A stretch of 64,000 nucleotides of DNA, taken from contig JANOAV010000033.1 of NCBI GenBank assembly GCA_031411295.1, forward strand, positions 1 to 64,000, in the 5' to 3' direction. The stretch is from Verrucomicrobiales bacterium (GTDB taxonomy: Bacteria > Verrucomicrobiota > Verrucomicrobiia > Verrucomicrobiales > V1-33). Position 1 is the first letter of the stretch; every line of letters begins with the position of its first letter. A model generated the notes under the pieces. That model did no database searches. It was not told the origin of the DNA and saw only the letters and a program-made list of their open reading frames with translations. Shown piece by piece: positions 41,468-50,386 of this stretch. A program made the translations under genes and the position numbers.

Positions 41468-41628
41468 TCCCTGAGCGTGCAAAGTCCAGCCTGAGGCCCT
41501 TATTTCGCTGGGGCCTCGGCGGAAGCTGCGGGGTATGGCGAGGGAAAGGCTTTGGAAACGGTCTTGTTGGCGTTCAATTTTCTGAAGCCCTTCATAATTC
41601 TTACTTACTAGGTTTTGCGCAGGGCGGA

Positions 41629-42390
41629 CTATTTCCCCAGCTTCCGCACTTTGATATTCCGGTAGCGCACGAATTGCTTGGTGTAGTCCCCGCCCCCGTG
41701 AACTTGCAGCGCAATGCCACCGCTGGCTTGGTGCCGGACCTCCTTTTCGGTCCATTCCATGATTTTCACATCGTTAATGTAGGTGGTGATATGCGGGGGA
41801 TTGTTCTCAATGCTGGCGCGAAAGGTGTTCCAGGTGCCGTGTTTCCAGAACTTAGCCCAGTCGGCAGGCTGCACTGGCAGCGGCACGGGTGGTTCTCCGG
41901 TGTTCTTGGCTTCGATCTCATCCGGGGTGCTTTTGAAATTGTAATTCCTAACATGCGGCTTCCCGCCCAGGCCCTCGCCATAGATGCCCATGAGGTTGCC
42001 GCCGCCATGATAGTCGATCATGGCCTGCCAAGCCTTGCCATCCTCCGTGCTGCGCAAAAACAAGCCACTGTCCGGGCCAAAATCATTGTTCATCTCCACG
42101 GAAACTTCAAAATCAGTATAGGCTTCATCCGTGATGATCAGCCCGCCATTGCCAGGAATGTCCTGGCTGCCAGTGATCGCACCATCCTTCACTTCCCACT
42201 TGCCGCCCGTGGTGTGCTTGGAGGCCCCGCTATGCCCTGACTTGGTAGAGACGTGCCAGCCTTTCAAGCTGGTGCCATCAAAGATCGACACCCAACCGTC
42301 CTTGGCTGGAGCCGTTTTCTCTTGAGCGATGACCATCGCAGCACCTGTAAGAGCAGCGACAACAGTGGTGGTTAGGAAGAGTTTTCTCAT
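41629..42390 (-). CDS. DUF1080 (3-keto-disaccharide hydrolase / family 16-like) exported protein
   Basis: Signal peptide, GWVSIFDG.SLKGW, W.VKDGAI, DSGLFLR, G.IALQVHG, V.YRNIKVR. Confidence 0.9.
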   Translation of the reverse strand: MRKLFLTTTVVAALTGAAMVIAQEKTAPAKDGWVSIFDGTSLKGWHVSTKSGHSGASKHTTGGKWEVKDGAITGSQDIPGNGGLIITDEAYTDFEVSVEMNNDFGPDSGLFLRSTEDGKAWQAMIDYHGGGNLMGIYGEGLGGKPHVRNYNFKSTPDEIEAKNTGEPPVPLPVQPADWAKFWKHGTWNTFRASIENNPPHITTYINDVKIMEWTEKEVRHQASGGIALQVHGGGDYTKQFVRYRNIKVRKLGK

Positions 42391-42455
42391 GCGCCAGTAT
42401 GGGTTTCACACGCAGAGCCCACAAGTAATCATTCGCGGATGCCATGCCGACCGAA

Positions 42456-42592
42456 CAGCGGATTTTTGCACGGAGGTGGAAACGCGCTGCTGCGAGTGTC
42501 TGAAAGGGGAAGTCCAATGACGCGCAGCAGCGCGTCACTACCGCATGATCTGTTAATAATCAAAAACTTACACCGTGCAAAAATCCGCCCTG
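42456..42592. mobile_element. MITE-like non-autonomous element with terminal inverted repeats, flanking direct repeat and internal REP doublet
   Basis: Perfect 16 bp IR GCGGATTTTTGCACGG (42458-42473) / CCGTGCAAAAATCCGC (42573-42588). Ends CAG...CTG. Direct repeat ATGCCGACCGA at 42444-42454 and 42593-42603. Inner IR ACGCGCTGCTGCG / CGCAGCAGCGCGT. Confidence 0.8.
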
Positions 42593-42734
42593 ATGCCGAC
42601 CGAGCGTCAGCTTCCAAAGTCACCAACGACACCGTGGGCGCCCAACAGATCTTGCGCATCGTCGCCCGATCCGCGCGGATGATTGAACCCAAGGTTTACC
42701 CTTGAGAAATCCCGTCCCGGATGGATGCTGCGAG

Positions 42735-43348
42735 ATGAAAAGGCTCCTCCCCATGTTAATTTGCTGCGGGCTCTGCGCACTGCCCCAGCCTGCTCCAGGT
42801 CAGCGCACGGCACCCAGCCTCGCAGCCGAAACCGCGCCACAACCACCTCCCACGGCCGGACAGAGCCGACAGGACAATGCGCTCAAAATGATGCTGCATT
42901 TTTGTCCCCCGGGAAATTTTCTCATGGGCAGTCCGGCGGAGGAACCGGGGCGGGATGAATCCGAGGTGTCACACCATGTTACCCTAACGCAGGGATTTTG
43001 GATCGGAGAAACGGAGGTTACCCAAGGCCAGTGGCAGACGGTAATGAAACTCAGTCTGCGGGATCAGGCCCGCAAAATGCTGGCGGATGAAACGCTGTAT
43101 CCCTTTACGAGTGGGTTAGTGATTTCTCCGCCGTCGCTGGCACCGAGCCAGTGATTGATCCCTCAGGCCCCGCCGAAGGTAAGAATCACCTTTACCGCGG
43201 AGGTGCGTGGAATCACTACGCCACCATGTGTCGCGCTGCGAAAGCATTCGAAGCTGCCCCAACCTATCGCGTGCATCATCTGGGATTTCGCGTGGCTTTA
43301 GTCCGCGTGACCACGCCAAGTGAAGCGAAGCCCACGCTGGGAAATTAA
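42735..43348 (+). pseudogene. FGE-sulfatase (SUMF1 / C-type lectin fold) family gene with internal deletion and frameshift
   Basis: Frame 1 has a signal peptide, PPGNFLMGSP..E..R...E..H.VTLT.GFWIGETEVTQGQW. After about 43105 another frame reads YEWVSDF...DPSGP.....RGGAW......CR.A...P......GFRV. The central VSW, RLPTEAEWE and GLYDM.GNV motifs are absent. Confidence 0.82.
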
Positions 43349-46300
43349 CCCGCCACGGTCGCGCGTCGGCGGCGTTCGCGATAGCCGATGCAGCCCAAGA
43401 GCAGTGCAGCCGCGGCCACGGCTCCGGGCTCTGGAACGGGCACGAGTTCATTGCCAGCAATGAATCCTGCGCCACCCGTGCCGATTTCGTTGCCGCCGTT
43501 GTCACTATAGAAATGAACTTTGGTGAGATCGATAATGCCTTGGTTGGTGAAGGTGAGCTTGTCCCCGAGGCTGGCAGTCCAGGCGGCTCCGCCCGTGTAG
43601 TTCCAAATATTGAGGATGCCCGTCCAGACACCGGAGTCAGCGAATGTCAGCACAGAACTCGACCCTGCTCCAAGATCCAACACGGCATCACCATTCACCG
43701 TGAGTTGGCCGGTGCTGGCGCTGTTGCCGCCGGTATTCAGGGTGGTGCCCGTGCTGAGGACTAGGTTTGCTGTGGACGGCAGTGCGGTGGTGCTCGCAAG
43801 CAACAGCGTGCCCCCGTTGAGATTCGTGGAACCGGTGTAAGTGTTGTTTCCGCTGATCGTTTGCACGCCACCGCCGGATTTAGTGATACTTCCGCCATTG
43901 CCACTGAAATTTCCGTCGGCAGTGGCATTGATCGCATCACCAAACTCCAGAGCCTTCGCGCCCAGCACCACAGTGGATCCTGCCACGCTGTTGAGCGAAC
44001 CGATTTTCTCGCTGGCACCAGAAATGGCGCTAATGTCGAACGAACTCGTTGCACCGACTAACACCACGGCATTCGCATCCCCTAATCCTGCTCCCGCCCC
44101 CAATGCCAGCGTGCCGTTTGCGACCGTCGTCAGTCCAGTGTAAGCAATGTTTCCGCCTTCCAGCGTGAGCTTGCCGGAGCCGGACTTGGTGAGGCTTAGT
44201 TTGAAAGCGTCGTTGCCAGTGTTATCGCGAATGTAGCCGCTGTAAACGGTATCCGTGCTCTGATTTACCGTCAGCGTGGAACTGGACGTGGCTGGGCCGA
44301 TGCCGCCATGCGAGTTCTGCACGACGGCAAAAACATTCGTGGAGGCCAGCGAGGCAATCGTCTGATTATTGCCATAGAGCGCCATTTCCGAATGCCCAGG
44401 CGAGTTGAATAGCACGCCAGAGTTGGGTCCAAACTGATTGGGCGCGGCCATGATGAGGAAGGATCCCGGATTGGTCATGGTCACATTACCTTGCGTGGCG
44501 TTGCCGATGGTGCTCGCGAAGCGCACGTTGCCGCCATTGACGGTGAGCAGACCAGTCTGGGTGTTATTTCCCGTGAGCACGAGCACATTTCCGCCGGTCT
44601 TGGTCAATGGCCCGCTACCGGAAACGTTCCCATTGAAGGTGATGGCACCGTTGGTGGGATTGATGGTAGTTGGACCTCCCAACGTGATGGGGCCATTGTA
44701 ATTGTCATTGAATCCGTCCGTCTGCACCGTGCCGCCATTGAAGGTGAAGGCATTGGCTAAATTCAGTCCACCCCACGGCTGGAGAATCCCGGTGTTCAAC
44801 GTCACTGGGCCCGCCCCGAACGCCGTATTTTCATGAGGTGCCACGGTGCCGCCGTTGTTGACAAAGCCAGCCAGATTCGTCGCTCCGGTCAGCAATCCCA
44901 AGTAGCCATTACCGACTTTCGTGAGCACGAAGCCACCGCCATCAATATGGTTCGTAGTCACGTTAGGATCCGCCACGAAATCCAACCGTCCAATATCCCA
45001 GCGGCCCCCGCTATCGCCAATGCTCGCATCCGCGGTCAAAGTGATCCCACGGATGCCATTCAGGTTGGCGCCACCGCTATTGCCAATGGCCCCAAAAGTC
45101 GGACTGACCCCTGGGCCTGCGATCTGAATGTTTTGCGTGTAGCCCTGCAGCGTGCGGCCATTGATGTCCAGACTCGCCCCGCTACTGACGCTCACGGTGG
45201 CTCCGCTTGCACCCAGAGCGGTATCACTGGCGGCCTTGAGCACGCCTGCGCTAACCACGGTATTGGCATGACTGTTATTGCCACCTAACGTCAGTGTGCT
45301 GGTTCCGGTCTTGGTGAGTGTGCCCCCGCCGGAAATATTGCCGTTCAGCGTGATGTTGCCATTCGCTGCATCTACCGTAGCGGCTCCGCCCAACGTTACA
45401 GCTCCAGAATAAACATCATTGAAGCCCTGATTCTGCCGCAGGGTGCCGCCGGCATTGATCGTGAGGGCATTGGACATCGTCAGGCCACCGTAAGGCGCGA
45501 GCACGCCTCCGTTGTTGATCGTCACTGGCGCGGTGGCGAAGGCGGTGTTGATCTCCGGTTGCAGCGTGCCGCCGTTGATCACCACTCCGCCCAGGTTGAC
45601 CGCCGCAGCTTGGATGCCGATGAGATTGTTGCCCACCTTCGTCAGCGTGAAGCCATTGCCCTGCGTGGTCGATCCCGCCGTGCGGCCAATATCAAAGCGT
45701 GCACCATTGTTACCAACGCTCGCATTGCCGCTCAGGGTCAGCGCAGCGAAGCCACTGTTGTAATTATCCACTGTCGTGAAAATGGCTCCGGTATTGGCAT
45801 CCACGCCAGTGCCAGAGATGGTCGGTTGATAGGGCAGCAACATGCCGTTGACATCAATGGCTCCGCTGCCACTAACCGCTACTGACGCCCCCGCCGTGCC
45901 AAACGCCGTCGTGCTGCCAGCCTTGACCACCCCAGCGCTGACCGTCGTTCCGCCAGTAAATGCATTGGCTCCGCTCAGCGTTAAACTTCCCGCTCCGCTC
46001 ATCTGCACACCGCCAGCACCACTGAGATTTCCGCTGATGGTCAAGCCTGTGCCGGTGCCTGGGACTACGGTCACGGAACTCGTCAGCGCCACATTCTCTG
46101 CGATGGTATGATTCCCGGAAACGAGCCTAATCAGCGCAGGCAAGCCCGAATTATCCAGCGTGAGATTGCTGCTCCCGGCATTGCCGATGGTGTAGCTGTT
46201 GGCATTGTCGAACGTCATGTATCCCAGCGTGTGAGCCGAATCCACCGTGACCGTAGCCGCCGCCGTAATGGCAGAGCCGAACAGAGCAGCATCGCCCGCC

Positions 46301-48753
46301 ACGGTTGGTTTGTAATTGGTCCAGTTTCCAGCAGTCGCGTTGGGATCGCCAACACTCCAGTTGCCACCACCGGTCTGATTCCAGATGCCCTGCAGCAGCA
46401 CGGTATTCAGCGTGACGGTATTCGCATTGACCGTCGGCGTTAGGGTCAATCTTCCGATTGTCTGACCCGCCAGACTAAAGCCGCCGGTAACAATGGCGCT
46501 CGTGGAATTCAGCAGCGTATAACTGCCGCCGTTGGCCAGGGCACCCAGCACGTTGAAATTCAGCGCACTGTTAGAGGTGAGAGCGAAACTCCCCACATCG
46601 ATGACATCATTGCTGCCCGGAGCCCCAACATCAAACGTCATGGTGCCACCCAGCGACAACGGCTTGCCCGTTAAGTTTAACGTGCTCAGCGCCCCGGCCG
46701 TGAAACCAAAATTTCCACCCGCAATGGTCAGTCCGGATGTGCTCAGCGTGCCTGCTGCGGCTCCATTGAGTTGCAGCTTCCCACCGGTCACGAGCGTCGC
46801 CCCGCCAAAGGTATTTGCTCCAGTTATCGTCGTCGTGCCGCTGCCCGCCTGTGTCACTGCGCCAGCTCCAGTGATCGCGTTGTTGAACGCCAAGTCCGTG
46901 CTGCGGTTAAATTTCAACGTCCCCTGATTCGCCACCGCGCCAGTGTTCGTCCCCAGCGACCCAGCGGACCCGCCGAGTTCCAAGGTGCCATTCGCGATGG
47001 TGGTGGGGCCGGTGTAAGTATTGGCATTGGTCAGAGCTAATGTTCCCGTGCCTTGTTTACTCAGCGAGCCACCTTCGGAAATGACTCCCGCAAACGACGT
47101 GTCCGTGGCATCTCCCACGGTAAAGGCCGCGCTACCCAGCGTCACCCGACTGGTCGGATCCGCCGAAGCCAGCGACCCCACGGTTTGATAATTGACACCA
47201 CTTAGATCCAACGTGCCGCCGCCGGAAATGGTGACCGCTGTCGTCACTGGGAGCAAATCACCCACTCCGGAACCAATGCCGAACCATTTGTAGTTCAAGT
47301 AAGACTCCACACGCTGCCGCTCCGTCGTCGTTAGTGCGGTATTGAAAATAATGACTTCCCCAATTTGCTGGCCGCCAATGCGGCCACCAATGTTCCGATC
47401 ATTCGCCAGCGAGTTCGCCTGCACATTGCCCGTGGTCACGAGGTCGATCATTTGATAACCGCTGGACAACGGGGTTGCGGTGCCATCTACGAGAGTCCCG
47501 TTAAGGTAGGTCTGACCTGCTTTGATGTTGGCAGCCGCATAAGTCGGGTGCCAGATGTCAGAAGTTGCCGTCAGGGGATCATCCCGGTGGAAATCATAAG
47601 TTCCTGTGCTGCCAAGCAGGAAACCACTACCCTTCATGACCCAGAAGGCGGAGCGGATATCCGTGAGGTTGCTATTGAACGCCATCGTCTGCCCGGAGTT
47701 GCCATTGGCTCCGAAATCCACCATGGCCTTGGAAACACCTGTGAACGCGTTGTCGGAGCTTAAATTTGGTCGTGCAGCAGGGGTGCCCTGGCTGGCGAAA
47801 TTTGCGCCCCCAGCCGCATCATTCCATTGGGACACCGCCGTGCCACTGGTGGTCATACTGGAAGTCTTGGCCGCATCCAACCACAGCGTGGATCCCGTGG
47901 CCGTGGCCGGACGCAGCGTCCCGCTGGTAATGTTCGTGGCACCAGTATAGGCCTGAGCCGCCGTCAGCGTCAGCACCCCCGTGCCGGATTTTTCCAGCGA
48001 TCCGGTTCCGGAAAGAGCGGTCGATTGCTGCGAGCTGGCCGCTAAATTATATTTCAGCGTCGCTCCACTGCCAATGGTGAGAGCAGTCCAATTTTTCGCG
48101 CTGGTAATCGTGGCGATGTTCCCCGGGGACACGCCGGTGGCGCGCAATTGCAGACCGTTAATCTGCGCGCTGGCAGTTGCTGTGATGGAGAGCACTTGAT
48201 TGGTCGCATCCGCCGTGAAATTCCCCGTCACAAACGATCCCACCCCACCAGCTCCAGAATTGCTGTAATTCAGCGTGCCCGAGCCAGAAATGCTCTCCGA
48301 ACGACCCGCGCAACAACCACGGGAATCATTGACCCAAGCCTGCACTTGATAGTCCAAACCAATATTCAAATTATTCAGCGTAACCGATCCCGTCGTGCCG
48401 CCATAGTAGCCGTTTGTCAGCAACGTCTTATAAGCCAGCGAAAGATTCCCAAAAGGCGTCCCCTCGCCATACCCATTGTAACCGTTCCCCAAACCCGACT
48501 GCGTATCCCCGCCCCCAAACGTCGTAAATGTAACTCCGTTAATGGTGGTGGAGCCAGCACCAAACAACCAGGCGCGATCCGCCGCTCCCACCGTGCTCAC
48601 ATCCGTGTCTCCGGAGACCACGCTTACAGCATTCCAATTGATGGTGGCTGCAGCCCCCCACGAAGGTAAATGGGCCAGGCAAACAAGACTAAGAATGATG
48701 GCAGACCGACCGGATCGACCGGATCGACGTTGAGCGTTGGTAGCAATATTCAT
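43345..48753 (-). CDS. Large surface protein with autotransporter-associated beta-strand repeats and PEP-CTERM tail
   Basis: 1802 aa. Many L.K.G.G.L.L...NTYTG.T.I..G.L repeats, an inserted LamG-like domain, and C-terminal VPVPEPG + TM + RRRR. Confidence 0.92.
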   Translation of the reverse strand: MNIATNAQRRSGRSGRSAIILSLVCLAHLPSWGAAATINWNAVSVVSGDTDVSTVGAADRAWLFGAGSTTINGVTFTTFGGGDTQSGLGNGYNGYGEGTPFGNLSLAYKTLLTNGYYGGTTGSVTLNNLNIGLDYQVQAWVNDSRGCCAGRSESISGSGTLNYSNSGAGGVGSFVTGNFTADATNQVLSITATASAQINGLQLRATGVSPGNIATITSAKNWTALTIGSGATLKYNLAASSQQSTALSGTGSLEKSGTGVLTLTAAQAYTGATNITSGTLRPATATGSTLWLDAAKTSSMTTSGTAVSQWNDAAGGANFASQGTPAARPNLSSDNAFTGVSKAMVDFGANGNSGQTMAFNSNLTDIRSAFWVMKGSGFLLGSTGTYDFHRDDPLTATSDIWHPTYAAANIKAGQTYLNGTLVDGTATPLSSGYQMIDLVTTGNVQANSLANDRNIGGRIGGQQIGEVIIFNTALTTTERQRVESYLNYKWFGIGSGVGDLLPVTTAVTISGGGTLDLSGVNYQTVGSLASADPTSRVTLGSAAFTVGDATDTSFAGVISEGGSLSKQGTGTLALTNANTYTGPTTIANGTLELGGSAGSLGTNTGAVANQGTLKFNRSTDLAFNNAITGAGAVTQAGSGTTTITGANTFGGATLVTGGKLQLNGAAAGTLSTSGLTIAGGNFGFTAGALSTLNLTGKPLSLGGTMTFDVGAPGSNDVIDVGSFALTSNSALNFNVLGALANGGSYTLLNSTSAIVTGGFSLAGQTIGRLTLTPTVNANTVTLNTVLLQGIWNQTGGGNWSVGDPNATAGNWTNYKPTVAGDAALFGSAITAAATVTVDSAHTLGYMTFDNANSYTIGNAGSSNLTLDNSGLPALIRLVSGNHTIAENVALTSSVTVVPGTGTGLTISGNLSGAGGVQMSGAGSLTLSGANAFTGGTTVSAGVVKAGSTTAFGTAGASVAVSGSGAIDVNGMLLPYQPTISGTGVDANTGAIFTTVDNYNSGFAALTLSGNASVGNNGARFDIGRTAGSTTQGNGFTLTKVGNNLIGIQAAAVNLGGVVINGGTLQPEINTAFATAPVTINNGGVLAPYGGLTMSNALTINAGGTLRQNQGFNDVYSGAVTLGGAATVDAANGNITLNGNISGGGTLTKTGTSTLTLGGNNSHANTVVSAGVLKAASDTALGASGATVSVSSGASLDINGRTLQGYTQNIQIAGPGVSPTFGAIGNSGGANLNGIRGITLTADASIGDSGGRWDIGRLDFVADPNVTTNHIDGGGFVLTKVGNGYLGLLTGATNLAGFVNNGGTVAPHENTAFGAGPVTLNTGILQPWGGLNLANAFTFNGGTVQTDGFNDNYNGPITLGGPTTINPTNGAITFNGNVSGSGPLTKTGGNVLVLTGNNTQTGLLTVNGGNVRFASTIGNATQGNVTMTNPGSFLIMAAPNQFGPNSGVLFNSPGHSEMALYGNNQTIASLASTNVFAVVQNSHGGIGPATSSSTLTVNQSTDTVYSGYIRDNTGNDAFKLSLTKSGSGKLTLEGGNIAYTGLTTVANGTLALGAGAGLGDANAVVLVGATSSFDISAISGASEKIGSLNSVAGSTVVLGAKALEFGDAINATADGNFSGNGGSITKSGGGVQTISGNNTYTGSTNLNGGTLLLASTTALPSTANLVLSTGTTLNTGGNSASTGQLTVNGDAVLDLGAGSSSVLTFADSGVWTGILNIWNYTGGAAWTASLGDKLTFTNQGIIDLTKVHFYSDNGGNEIGTGGAGFIAGNELVPVPEPGAVAAAALLLGCIGYRERRRRATVAG

Positions 48754-48966
48754 AAAATAAATGGACTAAAATGGTTCCTCGATAGCGCCAGCCATGTTAC
48801 CGGGAAATTCAGGATGTGTCGATAGGTTTTCCCACGTAAATGAACCGCACGAAATGTCCAATACCTAATAAAAAATGGCCCCACTTTCCGGCACCCTGCA
48901 TTGCGAAGTCTGCACTTGGGTGGGCGCAACCAGAGCGGAGCAACCCAAAGACCGGCGGTGCTCCGC

Positions 48967-50382
48967 TCACGCACCCGCCAATTCATGCAGCACGGTGCCG
49001 CCGTTGGTGATTCTGCGGGGCCGGTTCAACGGATCGAGGAATTCTCCGGCGGGGTCGATGCCGAGGAAATGGAAAATGGTGGCAGCCAAGTCTGGTGGCC
49101 GGACAGGGCGCGTTTGTGGCATGCCGCCGATGCGGTCGCTGGAGCCGATGATCTGACCACCGCCGATGCCGGCCCCGGCCATGACCACGGAAAACACGGA
49201 ACCCCAGTGGTCGCGTCCGCCGTTCGGATTCACCTTGGGAGAGCGACCAAATTCACCCATGGCCACGACGAGTGTTTCCTCCAGCAATCCACGTTGGTGG
49301 AGATCGTCGATGAGCGTGGCGTAGGTGCGGTCGAATTGCGGGCAGAGCACGTTGCGCACGCGGTTCGCATTGTCTGCATGCGTGTCCCAGAGCGGGCTGC
49401 CCTTTACTTCCTGATCGCCCTCGCGCGGCCAGTTTACTTGCACGAGGCGGGTGCCGGCCTCGACCAGACGGCGGGCGAGCAGCACGCTCTGGCCAAATTT
49501 ATGGGTGCCGTAAGCGTCGCGCGACAGGGCGGATTCCTTTTCCAGCGCGAAGGCGGCCCGGCTGGATTCTGAATGCAGCAGGTCGAATGCCTTCTGGTGC
49601 ATCTCGCCCATTTCCGCCACCACGCCACTCTTAATGCCGGTGGTGAAATGCTGGTCCATTTGCTGGAGCAGTTCAAAGCGTTCTCCCAAGCGCAGCGCGC
49701 TCATGCTTTCATCCAGCGTCATGCCTTCGATCCGCATGGGCAATTGCGTCGGATCACATTTCATCAACGTGGGATGCCACTTGGAACCCATGAAGCCGCC
49801 ATTTTGGCCGGGCCAGACGATGTGGCCGTCGTTGTAAAGTTCATCCGGCAACACGACCGACGACAGCGGAGATCGGGTGCTCGGGCGCAGGGCTCCCACC
49901 GCTGCGGGGATGCTGGGCCAGTCGTCGGGGCTGGGCGGGACATTTTCCGCCTTACTGGCGGGTTCATAACCCGTGAGCATGCAGGCCCCGCTCGTGGAGT
50001 GAGAATGAATGTCCGTGCACATCGAGCGGATCACCGCCAGATGATGCGCCACCTTGGCAGTGTGCGGCAACGTCTCACAAAACTGCATCCCCGGCACGCT
50101 CGTGGCAATCGGCCGAAACGTGCCGCGAATGTCCACCGGAGCGTCAGGCTTGGGATCGAACGTCTCATGCTGCGGCGGACCACCACTGAGAAAGAGAATG
50201 ATGCAAGACTTCGCCCGCCCGAAATTAGCCGCCCGCGAAATCGCAGCCGCGTTCGGATTTCCACGAAGCAATTGGGGCAAACTCACGCCCAGCGCGCCCA
50301 GACCGCCCACCCGCAACCATTCGCGACGCGACCAACCGTTTGTTTGGCGCGGCTTGAAATAATGATTTCGTTCCGGAGGCAT
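48967..50382 (-). CDS. DUF1501 domain protein (Tat signal)
   Basis: SRREWLRVG, AKSCIILFLSGGPPQHETFDPKP, WDTH, GEFGRSP, GRDHW. Start placed at ATG 50382. Confidence 0.9.
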   Translation of the reverse strand: MPPERNHYFKPRQTNGWSRREWLRVGGLGALGVSLPQLLRGNPNAAAISRAANFGRAKSCIILFLSGGPPQHETFDPKPDAPVDIRGTFRPIATSVPGMQFCETLPHTAKVAHHLAVIRSMCTDIHSHSTSGACMLTGYEPASKAENVPPSPDDWPSIPAAVGALRPSTRSPLSSVVLPDELYNDGHIVWPGQNGGFMGSKWHPTLMKCDPTQLPMRIEGMTLDESMSALRLGERFELLQQMDQHFTTGIKSGVVAEMGEMHQKAFDLLHSESSRAAFALEKESALSRDAYGTHKFGQSVLLARRLVEAGTRLVQVNWPREGDQEVKGSPLWDTHADNANRVRNVLCPQFDRTYATLIDDLHQRGLLEETLVVAMGEFGRSPKVNPNGGRDHWGSVFSVVMAGAGIGGGQIIGSSDRIGGMPQTRPVRPPDLAATIFHFLGIDPAGEFLDPLNRPRRITNGGTVLHELAGA

Positions 50383-50386
50383 GATG

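Noticed and set aside
43190..43310. FGE/C-type lectin C-terminus as a diversity-generating retroelement target
   Set aside because: The fold is a common DGR target, but I found no template repeat and no reverse transcriptase in the window.
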